From Trichoplax adhaerens (taxonomy: Eukaryota; Animalia; Placozoa): DNA of 64,000 nucleotides. The notes under the pieces were generated by a model that was not told the origin of the DNA, searched no databases, and saw nothing but the letters and a program-made list of their open reading frames with translations. The position numbers and the translations under genes are program-made. The stretch spans positions 7,572,066 through 7,636,065 of the forward strand of contig NW_002060943.1 in the NCBI RefSeq assembly GCF_000150275.1, given 5' to 3'. Position 1 is the first letter of the stretch, and every line of letters starts with the position of its first letter. Below are positions 52,301 to 64,000 of the stretch, in pieces.

Positions 52301-53622
52301 GAAAGCACATTGCATTACTTCTTTATCTAATGTTATTGAAGTAAACTCCTGTTACCTCTATGATCAATCCATTCGCGATTGTTGTTTAATAATTAATAAA
52401 TATTATTGTGTATCATTTTTGAAATAGTCGTTACGTAGCAAGTAAATTACCTTCCATAGTAACGTCATCAAATGTTGGTCCTATGCCACCAGAAGTGAAG
52501 ACGTAATCATACTTGTAGGAAAAGTGTTGAATTTCTTTCTTAATTTCTTCAACATCATCAGCAACAATGGAGACCTAGCAAATATAGTAGATGAATAATG
52601 GTAAACGATCAGTTACGATTTCTACTACACAAGTGATGAACGTTATCAATTTATCCAGGTGCAAATACTGTATAAAAAACTCAGTAACAGCTGTGGTAGC
52701 GATATCTTGAGTACCGTAGCAAAGCAAACAATGATACAATATTATAAAAATTAATTACTATCAAGATATCATCCACTTTCTGGGGATGTAAGAGAAGCTG
52801 ACGTCGGTTCCTCCTATTGACTTGACTTAACACGAATTTGTAAAGTCTATCATTAGTACGCGTATAACTTGTGCCGACATAGCTCGGCAGAACTTGGACG
52901 TTTACCATCCATACCAGCTCAATACAGTAGGGTCTATCGCTATATACAGTAGTCTACATAAATAAAATATAATGCTGTCGGATGTTTGTGTTTGTCCGCA
53001 AACTCAGAAGCCGTCTAAATGAATAGTTGTGTTTTCAGAGGAAATTGTCAAGTACGTATACAAGATTCAGTATAAATGGAGAGAAAATGCACACATTATA
53101 ATTCTTGCAAGCGTTCGTTTCAGCGAAGGATTATGGAATGGTAGATGCTCGCTTCGGAAGCGAGCGGGTTGAACTAGTCTAGTACTAAAATTTTAAGTTA
53201 CTTCGTAAGCATGTGCATAAATAATAATATATAAATATGGAATATAGTTCGAAAAGGATGAGTACTGTGTAGGGAGTTCAAAAACATGGCACAAGTATGC
53301 AATAGTGTAGTGTATTGTATAATCAAGTTCAGAGAGTACACATTTAAACAAATAAATTTCCAGTGTTTTCGTGTACAGTAATAAGGGGTAACAGAATGCA
53401 ATCATTTCCATTCTTTGAGTTATTATTCTGTTATTGAGTCAAAAATTTTCAAAATTTTTTGATATCCATTATTTTCTATACAGTAAAATTGGTAATCAGC
53501 AACATGACTAGTATCCAAAATACATACCTTCTTGACTTTCATACCCAACGACCATAATCTCTTACATAAGAAATTTGTATTGGTATCTTGTATCTCCCCT
53601 TTTAATATTTCGTTACCAATCA
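49312..53622 (-). CDS. FLAD1: FAD synthase (molybdopterin-binding-like domain + PAPS-reductase domain); 5' end unresolved
   Basis: IGNEILKGEIQDTNTNFLCKRLWSLG, FTSGGIGPTFDDVT, VYILPGVP, DLGSYP, AFNGGKDCTV, MGTRRADP, DGDWPEYLRVHPILDWSYSEIWQFLR...PYCSLYDLGYTSLGG...ERAGRS*. The first exon(s) probably lie further upstream (~54.4-55.2 kb). Confidence 0.92.
52953..53177 (+). mobile_element. Short non-autonomous Helitron-like element in FLAD1 intron
   Basis: 5' TCTACATAAATAAAA...GTTTGTGTTTGTCCG. The 3' end has a GC-rich hairpin GCTCGCTTC-G-GAAGCGAGC (53147-53165) followed 8 nt later by CTAG then T. Confidence 0.6.
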
Positions 53623-53818
53623 CTATAGATGTAAGACAGATTGAATATGGTATTAATCAGAGTACAGATGGAATGGAATCAATGCAGGAGAAAGATGCAG
53701 TCAGTATACTGTCAATACTGTCCAAGTAATCAAGCAATCAATCAATTCAATGATTACGCGCCTATACAAGTATACGTGCATTGCAATTCATTTTATACTT
53801 GTATACTTGTATAATTAA

Positions 53819-54410
53819 TACGTATTACTATGATTGAATGTGTATCCAAAATATTCTCCATCATTAAACAGTCAACTGATTGAAAATGAGAATCGATCCA
53901 TATTTACAGTAGCGCATAGGACTAGAATGGTATCATACGTATTACTATTATTGAATGTGTATCCAAAATAGTCTCCATCATGAAACAGTCAACTGATTGA
54001 AAATGAGAATCGATCCCTATTTACAGTAGTGTATAGGACTAGAATGGTATAAGGAAAATGAATGTTGCAATAAGACTAATTGGATAGGGATAATGGTTGC
54101 CAATTGTATAAGTTAGTAGGGTAGTATTTATCTCCAATTCTAAATATACTGTACGTAAATTATACGAGTGATATAATACGTATTATTATTATTGAATGTG
54201 TATCCAAAATAGTCTCCATCATGAAACAGTCAACTGATTGAAAATGAGAATCGATCCCTATTTACAGTAGTGTATAGGACTAGAATGGTATAAGGAAAAT
54301 GAATGTTGCAATGAGACTAATTGGATAGGGATAATGGTTGCCAATTGTACAAGTTAGTAGGTAGTATTTATCTCCAATTGTAATTATATTGTCAATTATA
54401 CGAGTGATAA
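53819..54410. repeat. Local tandem duplication (117 bp + 241 bp units)
   Basis: TACGTATTA.TA.GATTGAATGTGTATCCAAAATA.TCTCCATCAT.AAACAGTCAACTGATTGAAAATGAGAATCGATCC at ~53819, ~53936 and ~54177. Units 2 and 3 share a further ~120 bp extension. Confidence 0.9.
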
Positions 54411-55265
54411 CATTCGATCTTTCGATGCAAAGCAACTGTAGGGAATAACAGCAGGCTCATAACACAGCCATGGACTACCAATGTTACGAAATACAGTATG
54501 AACTACGCCATAAGACATATTGATCTTGATGTTATGAATACTGCGATAGGAAAATGATAGAGTCGTGTATGATAGTGCAAGTATGTGTATCGTTTTGTGG
54601 CCAGGATGGATCATTATTTGCAATCAAATATCCTTGTATCCCTACCTATGAGACCGGCTGTGTTATGCATGGTTATAGGCATGGAGAACAGAGTGGAGAT
54701 AGAACGGTATCCAAATGGCCAAGTGAATCTAGTAATAATGGAACGCATTCGATCAGTCAAAGTCCAAAATTTAGATTTGCAAACTCTATCTAGCTGCAAG
54801 ATGATGATGATTAACGAAGCCACGCCACGTTGGCCTTGACTACGGATGGCCTGCTTGCGGTACTAGTACCACTTGGGTCCGAAGAATGACTGCCATAGAC
54901 ACACGCTACCGGGGTATGACACCATGATGACACACAGTGTGTTGACTCTATGCCCATCCATGGGTGCGTTCAACCAGGGTTGAACTGTGTGTGTCCGTTG
55001 GTGTGGTTTACCCTGTGGTGTCTCTAGGCTATCGTCATCGTTAGAGACGTGATAGTACTCACCTTGCAGCCTACAAGGTATCTTGTGTATTACGCAAGGC
55101 TAGCCAATACTGGAATCAGTTTAGCAGTCATCTCCCAATGCTTGTATTCAAGCCCATAATGTTTTGGAGATAGACAGGCTTTCTTTTTTTTTGCCACTAT
55201 GGGCGTTTTCATCACCAGTACTATGCGAGTGTGCACCTGACTATCTGGGTCGTCTTTCATCGACA

Positions 55266-55306
55266 TTCTACAGTCTACAGTCTATAGTCTACAGTCTACA
55301 GTTTAC
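55266..55306. repeat. 7-bp microsatellite (TCTACAG)n
   Basis: tctacag tctacag tctatag tctacag tctacag tttaca. Confidence 0.85.
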
Positions 55307-57032
55307 ACTAGGAATGTGGTTCAGACAGTACAGTACTGTACAGTAGGTACTGAAATCAGTCATACTGCTTATACAGTATAGGGCAATAGTAAAGCATGAC
55401 CACCCTATCATATGTACTGTACAGTACAGTACAACGGGACATGACATCAGCACGAGCGCCCGTGGTTGACCACCGTATTCTTGACCCCACCCAGGAGTGT
55501 CATTTCAAAAGGTCAAGCGAGGAACTGAACCGTACCACGGGTTGATCTGTTGTGGTCGAGAGCAGGCGCACAACACCCCCGTCATCGTCACGACCAAGGT
55601 CACGTTACCATGATTGTATCGGACGCAAAACGATCACACCACCCACCATCGGACCATGGATAGCTCATCACCCCCTGCCATGGTGATATTTTATTGCTTT
55701 ACTCATAATACTATATAGCCGTCTCGCTCTTGTACTAGGCATAGGATAGCCAAATGACCAACAGTACAGCACTACCAGTCAACGCTATGAACCATTAGGG
55801 AATTTAAAACGCATGCGTCCGATCGCTAGTCACGCAGAATCGCCATCAAAGCATACTCGACCAAGTCTCCATTTGCAATTGGGATCATAACTTGGCTTTG
55901 AATTACTTCTACCGATTCGTTTCATCCAAAGGTGAGTATTTTCAAGACTTTTCCTAACTAACATGACTTTACTATCGGCCATTCTTAAGACCCTATGTCA
56001 TGACTGCCAATAAAATGGAAGATACTATTTGCAGCTCTAAAATGATTGAAAAGCACTGAATCCAGTGGAAAGTGACTGCTTCAATATCAACTATTGAAAA
56101 AAGTCCGAGAAGAAAATCTCAACCTTCTGTTTGCTAGTAACAATATTCTCCAAATACTTAGTCAAAAATGGACATTGACTTTTTGCCCGTAATTGTAGTC
56201 CATCATTAAAGAAATTTACCGTAGTACAACGATCAAGTACAGTTCAAAAAAAAATGCCCACATCCTCCCACTATCGACAAGGTAGTGCAATCATCGACTA
56301 CTGCATACAGTACTAGACGAGTAGGTATAGTATCGAGGTGAAATCCACCCACTCTCATTACAATTCGTAGTTTCCATTGCCGACAGCGTAGCAAAATGGT
56401 TTATGTTTATTTTAACTTAATATTCTATATGCATTCAATTACTATTGCAATGGATATCTGGACTTATGGCTGCTGTGAATACCAGCAATCTTATACAAGA
56501 TCATCATCACCCGTATACGTCATGGATACGAGTAACGCAATCCTTGACAGGGAACAGTAAATAAATTTCAATTTTACATCGTTCAAAATGATTAATTAAT
56601 TATACTATACGCGTACTACCGCTATAGGATGGCAATTGGAGCGCATTAAGAGAATAACTTATATCTAAAGCAATAGCAGTAGTGAATTCACCTTGTACAC
56701 CATTAATGAATGCGGTACGACTACAACACAGTGGATGATCATGTCATGTATAATAGTACAGTATAGAAAGGGATGTTACGCTTAAATGAAATACTGTAAC
56801 GGTGGATGGTTATGGTAGAGTTGTTCTAGTCCAAGACATTATCCAATATATGTCGATCAACACTAAATTACGTAGATTAACTTGATCATTTCATAAATAA
56901 GAATAAGATCGTTTTTAAAATATAAAACAGTCCCTCAAGGTTTTACATTCAATCAACAGTTCCAATAACCCATGATCCCATCCTAACTAAATTTTGATAC
57001 TGACTTTTTCAGATAAAGGATACGATAATACC

Positions 57033-58648
57033 ATGACTACTGTGGTAAAAACTGTTGAAGCTGTGAACGAAAGTAATTTACGTGCACGAAAAAAGAACAT
57101 CAACACTCCTTATACAATTGAAGAAGTTGCAAAGCACAACACCGAGAACGATTTATGGATAATTATTAATAATAAGGTGTACGACGTAACTAAATGGATC
57201 CCTTACCATCCAGGAGGCAATCTACCCATCCTGAATTTAGGTGGACATGACGTTACTGACGCATTTCGAGGATTTCATCCTGATTGGGCGTTTAAAAAGT
57301 TATCTGCTTTTCAAGTTGGTATCTTGACCGGCTACGAACCTAACCAAGTTGTCAAAGATTATCGAGCCCTTGATGAAAAGCTACGCCGTGAAGGTTACTA
57401 TAAGACACATTATATGTTTTACGCTAAATTATATCTGTGGTTGTCATTTCTATTTTGCCTATCGATGTACTTAACGATATACACCACTGAGTTGAAATGG
57501 CAAATGCTTGGGGCTTTAGTATTGGGAATGTTCTGGCAACAGCTTGCATTCGTTGGCCATGATACTGGACATATTAGCATCTCTCATAACAGAGACATTG
57601 ACGGCTGGATAGGATCAACTGTAGGCAATTTCTTTGGTGGTGTCAGTTTAGCGTGGTGGAAACGTACTCACAACGTTCATCATGTAGTACCCAATTCTGT
57701 CCAACATGATCCTGATATTCAACATTTACCTATATTTGCTGTAACTGATAAAGTTATTCCTGATGGTGTATTCTCCAATTATCATAAAAAGCAAATGACC
57801 TTTGATAGTTTTGCAAAATTTATGGTTTCCAATCAACATATTTTCTATTATCCTGTCATGGCTGTTGCTAGATTTAACTTATACTTGCAATCGATATTAC
57901 TACTTTTCAGTAATGTTGATGTACAATGCAGAAAAGCCGAAATAGTCAGTGTTGGCTTATTTTGGTGCTGGTATATTAAAGTATTAGGTTTTCTGCCTAG
58001 TACTTCAGCTATGATAGCCTACGTACTAATTAGTCATGTAGTAGCTGGCTTAGTTCATGTTCAAATTTGTTTGTCTCACTTTCCTATGGAAACTTACGAT
58101 GGTGTTCCTTACAACTCAGATGATGAATGCTATTGCATCACACAGGTATGTTCAGTGTACTATCTTAGTCATATCAGTCAATTCTACTCTATCTTTCCTT
58201 CAATCATTAATTTGAAATGCAATCCCTTTTTCTGATGTCAGTTGAAAACAACTCTAAACGTTGACTGTCCAGAATGGTTGGATTGGTTTCATGGGGGCTT
58301 GCAATTCCAAGTTGAACATCATCTTTTCCCCAGGCTTCCAAGACATAATTTAAGACACGCTCGTAAACTGGTAACTAAACAATATTAATTTTTTATTGAC
58401 AATGACGCACGATCAATATAGCCAATCTAAGTAAGTCCCCTAAATTCGCTGTCCAATCTTTAATATTGCAGGTGAAAGAACTATGCAAGAAACATAATTT
58501 GCCATACTATGAATATGGATTTGTTGAAGCTAATAGACTTTTATTACTCACCTTAAAGAATGCAGCAGAAGTAGCTAAAAAGGCAAAGGAAGTTAAATTT
58601 TCTTTAAAAAATTCAATCATTGGTGACCTTTTATATGCTAGAGGTTAA
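57033..58648 (+). CDS. Cytochrome b5-fused front-end desaturase (sphingolipid delta-8 / delta-6 type)
   Basis: Exons 57033-58145, 58242-58370 and 58472-58648. HPGG heme motif; His boxes HDTGH, WWKRTHNVHH and QVEHHLFPRLPRHNL; also DPDIQHLP and WFHGGLQFQ. A 5'UTR intron is likely (donor ~55932, acceptor 57012). Confidence 0.93.
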
Positions 58649-59550
58649 TTGGTGATTTATTTGCGTGTTCCCCATTGTAAAGAGTTTATATATCATTAAA
58701 TATACTTAAATTGTGATGCTTGTTGGGAAATTTTCTATTATAAGCTATAGCGAAAATTCAACAAATGTTTGAGCATAACTTTGAACATCACATTCTTGTG
58801 ATGTATTATTTTATTTACTATTTAGCAATTATGAGAATTGAATCTGTATGATTAGCATTGTATATTTCTGACATAAGTTCTATAAATAACTAGAACTATA
58901 GATGTTGCTAGCCTTCTTAGCATCCAAAGAATTATGTAATTGCAGTTTTTTTGGTTTATTATTCGCCTACTTAAATTAATGAATACAGTATTCATTTCAC
59001 TACCTTTCATTTACATGCAAGGCCAGATTGAATTTTTACTCAAAGCACAGCAGTTAATATGCGATAAACTTATTGGTTAAAGTCAATAAATTAATTATCG
59101 ATAATAACAGAGAACGATGCAATGCCTGCATATTTTCTTGTATTACATTGAAAGAGACGATACGTAAATGTGTGAAAGCAATATTTAAAATGCTCAAAAA
59201 TTCAAGGTTTATAAAGGCGTCACTCAGGCCTTGATTTACTCCAAGTATAAACCGATTATTCTTTAATTTTATGACATACGGTATATCCATATTGTAGTAG
59301 CTGATTACAGTACGTTGTTATAGTGAGCAATGCCGCAATGGATCTTGATGACAACGGTCATCAGTGCAATAGTTGACAATACAACGTAGAAGAAAAGTTC
59401 GTTTACCTTAAAGGATAACTGAAGTCAATAAAATAAACTTATGTAGATTCTTAAGCCCTACCATAGTACTATGGTCTACTGTATACAGTGTATAGCAGCT
59501 ATTAAGTTGTCTACAGTCAATAAATAAACACATTATCAACCATCTATTTC

Positions 59551-59791
59551 GGTCTAGGACAATTTACCGTTGTACAATGTAGTAGTATAGGATGAAAACA
59601 ACATCGATATAGATTTGATATTACGATGGTGAATTGATGAATACTTTGCAGCGTTCAATCCTATACAACGTAAAATTAATCTAATTCAGTAAAGTATCTG
59701 CTTTGATATCACGAGGGTGGATAGAATATTTTACAGCGTTCAATCCTATATAGCGTAAAACTAATTTAATGCGGTAAATTATCCGATTTCG
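59551..59791. mobile_element. Dispersed MITE-like repeat, copy 2 (intergenic)
   Basis: Same sequence family as 31388-31606, with an internal duplicated sub-unit (TTTGATAT.ACGA...CAGCGTTCAATCCTATA). Confidence 0.65.
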
Positions 59792-60132
59792 ATCTATCTA
59801 CCTTCATTTAATTTGAAAATAAAATATATATATACATATAGTATATAAAGTTCGATCAATTCGTTCGGGCCTACCAAGTTGCTATAGTGATGCACATTGT
59901 ACACCAAGTACGCAGTACGTGTATAGTACAAATGGACGTACAGTATGCTTCATGGATTTTTAACTGTGCTCATGCGCAACCTTTACCGTTATTATGACAA
60001 CGATTTAAGCGATCTTGTTAACGTCGATTAATTATATATGCGATTAATATGTACCAAGTTGGCAATTAACGATGCAGAATAAGACTTAGCAATATCTTCA
60101 TTAAAGGCCATTATAAGTTCAAAGTATCTCTA

Positions 60133-63100
60133 ATGAACTCTAATGTACAAATGAAGCGTAACTTAACCAATGATGATGCCTGGATCAATGAAGAAATCAA
60201 TAAAGAACTTGACCAGCTCGGCGATAACTTAGATTTAACAGAAGAAGAAGAAGAAGAAGACGAAGAATCAGTTATACTAAACACATCTAGTATTGAGCAG
60301 GTAGATAGATACGAGAATAATTTGTACGCAATTATTGTATACTGCTATTTCCAGGATAATTATAATAGATACAACGTACATTCTCAATCAGACGTCATTA
60401 CGTTATCGTGTAAATAGGCAATATTAAATTACAGTAGCTACTTTCTATCAAATTCTTAATTATAAGTATTACATCCACAACATTCTCCATATTAATCACA
60501 GCAAGTCATGAGAAATAATAATGTAGGATTATGAGCTAAACATAAGTACACTCTAAATTAATATCAGCTTGATAGTTAGGTTTCAAAATATTGGTCAGAT
60601 CGTCCAACCATTAACTTATATCGACGGGCCAACGAATTTACCATATTTTCATCAACTTTAAGATATAAAATATGTATATATATTCTAAAGATATTTCTAC
60701 TTTGACATACGTATATTGCAATAACAATACTATAAACTATCATGTAAATTAAATATATTTCACAATAGCACATACACTCTAACTTTTAAAGATTTATCTT
60801 ATAAGTAAACTGATTAACCTCACCACTATCATCTGTGCCGCCATTGTACCGATAATTTCTATAAAATTTCTACAAAAAATATATTTTAATCTCAAATTCT
60901 ATGCACACGTAATTCAACATCTAATCTGTGAAATACTTGTTATCAATTTTAATCACCTTTTAAATTGGGCTATAGACTGAAAATAATAAAGACGATGCAG
61001 AAGAATGCCTTAATAAACTGTGGCAAAATCTCAATAGAAGAACCACTATTTTTAGCCAAGAAGTTGAAGAATGCGAATCAACTCTCAAAGAAACCACCTC
61101 ACGTATGAGAAATACGAATAGCATATAAAATTAGTGAAAGAAAATGACGTAATTTAAACTAGATTCATTGACTAATGCCGTAGAATAATAAACGAAAAGT
61201 ACTCAGATAGTACTCAATATAACCAGGATGCCAATATTTTTTGTACATTAGAAAGTAAGGTAGAAACTAGATATATCTTAACATAATTTAAAACGCTCTA
61301 TATTGTAAAATATAGTATATTATTTAAGAAAACAAAATATTTAAGACTTTAGTACCGGTAGTAGATTTCAACTTTGTTGCTAAATGCATTTCTTATCTCT
61401 CTAATTTATAAAATGACCCATAAATTCTAGAATTAGCAACCAGAATAGTGTAATATTCTTAATACTTTTATCTATCAGGTATCGCAGGAGATAATGATCG
61501 CTTATTTATTAAAACCTTTAACGATAAATATGGTAACATCGATTTCAAAGATATTCTAAGTCTAAGAAAAGATGTGAGTAATTAATTTACAAACTACAAA
61601 ACAGATTATAATACGTTCCTGGATAGAATTTCTGTAAATACATACGCCCTACAATCTGGTTACTTTTATAGGTAATTTCAAGAATGGAAGAAGAAGATCA
61701 GACCGATAAAGATGAAGACGATGACGAAGACGATGATATCGATAACAATAATAATAATCATAATTATAAGAATGATGAAAATGACAACGAAGAGAATATA
61801 CAATCGAAAGTTACTACCACAAAGGATAGATCTACAGTACAAGAAAATATCGATAAAAACATTCAAAATCCAAAAGATGACCTATCACAAAATGAAGCCA
61901 ACCATGAATCAACAAATGAAAAGGAATCAAAATATAAAATAGGTACAGTCATATTTTCATATCTTTTCCTATATAGAAGTACAGACTCTGAAAGTACAGA
62001 TTCTGAAAAATAAAATTCAATTGAATGCGAGAGCAAAATAAAATAAAATATGATAAATTTAGAGCTAGAAGAATCAGAAATTGAAGAGGAAGATATTGAA
62101 TTAATTGATATCGAAAAGTTGGAGAAACGAGCTAAAAAACAAATGAAACAACAAATGAAGGAAATTCTTGTCTGGAGAAAGAAAATTGAGAATAGACAGG
62201 ATAATATTATGGCTGTCCGTAAAGCTAGACACGATAAGCAGATTGAAAATAACGAAAGAAATCGAGAAGTTTACACTGCTAAATTAGAAAAAGAAAAGAA
62301 GAAATTAAATGAAATACAAAATGTAAGCAGCAATCGTGGTATTGTTCTTAAAATCTTCAGCTTAACACATATTGTTATTTCTGATATACTTACATGCATA
62401 TGTTGTATGTTTCCTTGTAGCAATTTCAAATTTTCGTATATTATAGAAGGAAATTGATGCATAATTTCTATTGGTTAACGCTAAAGCTTATTACCACATT
62501 TCTTGCATATTTATGCATATCCTAAATAGAAATTCTTTGTAAACATATTTCTAGAATTTAAAAATTGAACTCGAACAAATTGTAAAAGTAGAAGAAGAAA
62601 TGATTCACAATGAGAAAGTAGCTCTTGAGGTTAAATATCTTAATTTTAGATTATGAAATAACATGACAACATAGATGAAGCTATTACATTAAAATTTGAC
62701 GTTAGTTATGTTATTGATTAAAGTATCCATCTCATGCAATTATAGCTAGAAATTAATAAATTAGAAGCAAACTTACAGGAAGAAAAAGTAGTACTTGAAA
62801 AGACTCAATCTGAAGCTAAGAAATACCATAATCTTCGCGAGAATAAAGCAGCTTCAACAATTCAAGCTCATTTTAAAGGTTTTAAGTAAGTCACACTTAA
62901 TAAAGCGAAGAACGGGTTGCATAATTACCTGTGCTAACTAACTTAGTGCGTCACTATTCTTTCAAAATTTTCCTGATCATATTCCTGGCGATATTACGAT
63001 TTAGAATTCGTAAGCGTTATGGGGAAGAAATTAGGATTAGAGCCAAAAGAAAGTTAAAAGAGATACAAGAACAACTTCAACGCTTAGAACGAGAGGAAAA

Positions 63101-64000
63101 ACGACAATTAGAAGAGGAAATAAAGCGCAAACAGGTGATAATATTATCCCTTTTGCAAAATAAGCTTGCCAATGGAAGATATTATACTGATAAGCACTTG
63201 TCCCTTACTATATCCTATATTTATTAGGAGGAAGAGAGATTAAGAATAGAATTGGAAAAAAAGAAAAAACAGGTAAAAGTTTCATTAGATAGTATTATTA
63301 AGATTGATTTCAGAAGCTTAGTAAGGATTACGGTAGGAGATTGGAATAGTAGTGATAATTTACGAAGGCCCATGTACTACTTTCGTATAGGAAGAAGAGC
63401 AGAAAAGAATTGAAATGGAAAAGCAAGCTGAGATACAAAGATTAAAAGCCAAGGAAGAAAAGCGTCGACAAGATGAATTGAGAAAACAACGAGAAGAAGA
63501 AGAAAGAAAGAAAAAAGCTGAACTGGAAAGGAAAAGGCTAGCTGAAGAAAAATTAAAGAAAGAAGAAGAGCGCCTAAGAAAATTAGAGGAAAAAAGAAAA
63601 ATAAGAGAAGAACAAGAAAAAATTCGTCGAGAAGAAGAAGAGAGGGTAAAAAGAGAAGAAGAAAGAAAACGCCAGGAAGAGGAAAACAGAAGGCGTCTAG
63701 AAGAGGAGGAGCGAAAGCGAAAAGAAGAAGCAGCAAGACGTAAAGAGGAAGAGAGAAAGCGAAAAGAAGAAGAAAGACGCAATGAGGAAGAGAGAATGCG
63801 AAAAGAAGAAGAAAGACGCAATGAGGAAGAGAGAAAGCGAAAAGAAGAAGAAGAAAAAAGGCATCGAGAAGAAGACAGAAAACGGAGAGAGGAAGATGAA
63901 AGAAAACGCAAAGAAGAATTAAAGCGAATACAACGAGAAAAAGCTATTAAACAAAAAGAACAAGAAAAGTATGATAGACCTCAGCTAGTAAAAACTCCAA
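60133..64000 (+). CDS. LRRIQ1-like protein, N-terminal part (acidic N-terminus, IQ motif, long E/R/K helix); continues beyond window
   Basis: N-terminus NDDAWINEEINKELDQL followed by an acidic run, resembling the LRRIQ1 N-terminus. IQ motif NKAASTIQAHFKGFKIRKRY spans the intron at ~62887-63005. E/R/K-rich exon 63391-64000. No LRRs are visible within the window. Confidence 0.65.

Noticed and set aside
52460-52490. FLAD1 GPTFDD instead of GPTHDD as a sign of an inactive hydrolase domain
   Set aside because: This position varies in the GGxGPTxDD motif of the family, so it is not sufficient evidence.
63360-63911. 183-aa Ser/Leu/Phe-rich minus-strand ORF
   Set aside because: Antisense shadow of the GAA/AGA-rich exon on the plus strand.

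Overview
AT-rich, intron-dense eukaryotic (animal) genomic DNA. Composition, short introns and gene content suggest a placozoan such as Trichoplax; this is inferred, not verified. Manual splicing supports 11 protein-coding genes in order: NCAPH2 (-, runs off the left edge), an RRM+RS SR protein (+), ILRUN/C6orf106 (+), METTL15/RsmH (-, intronless CDS), a Ubc9/UBE2I paralog (+), ERGIC2 (-), LIN9 (-), ZnT1/SLC30A1-like (+), FLAD1 (-), a cytochrome-b5-fused front-end desaturase (+) and an LRRIQ1-like gene (+, runs off the right edge). About 32.5-40.1 kb is a repeat-rich island around the LIN9 5' end, containing a 9-unit tandem array of ~100-134 bp hairpins, perfect palindromes, inverted-repeat elements, a ~170-220 bp tandem repeat and decayed ORF relics. 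The most notable observations are: (1) an intact, spliced Ubc9 paralog with its catalytic Cys replaced by Ala, a candidate SUMO pseudo-E2; (2) the hairpin array; (3) an E2F/CDE-CHR (DREAM-type) element at the start of LIN9 itself; (4) a desaturase with plant/fungal sphingolipid delta-8-type His boxes; (5) decayed MORN-variant-like fragments of possibly foreign origin. Most short ORFs in the supplied track are intronic or spurious. Exon boundaries were read by eye and may be off by a few bases.
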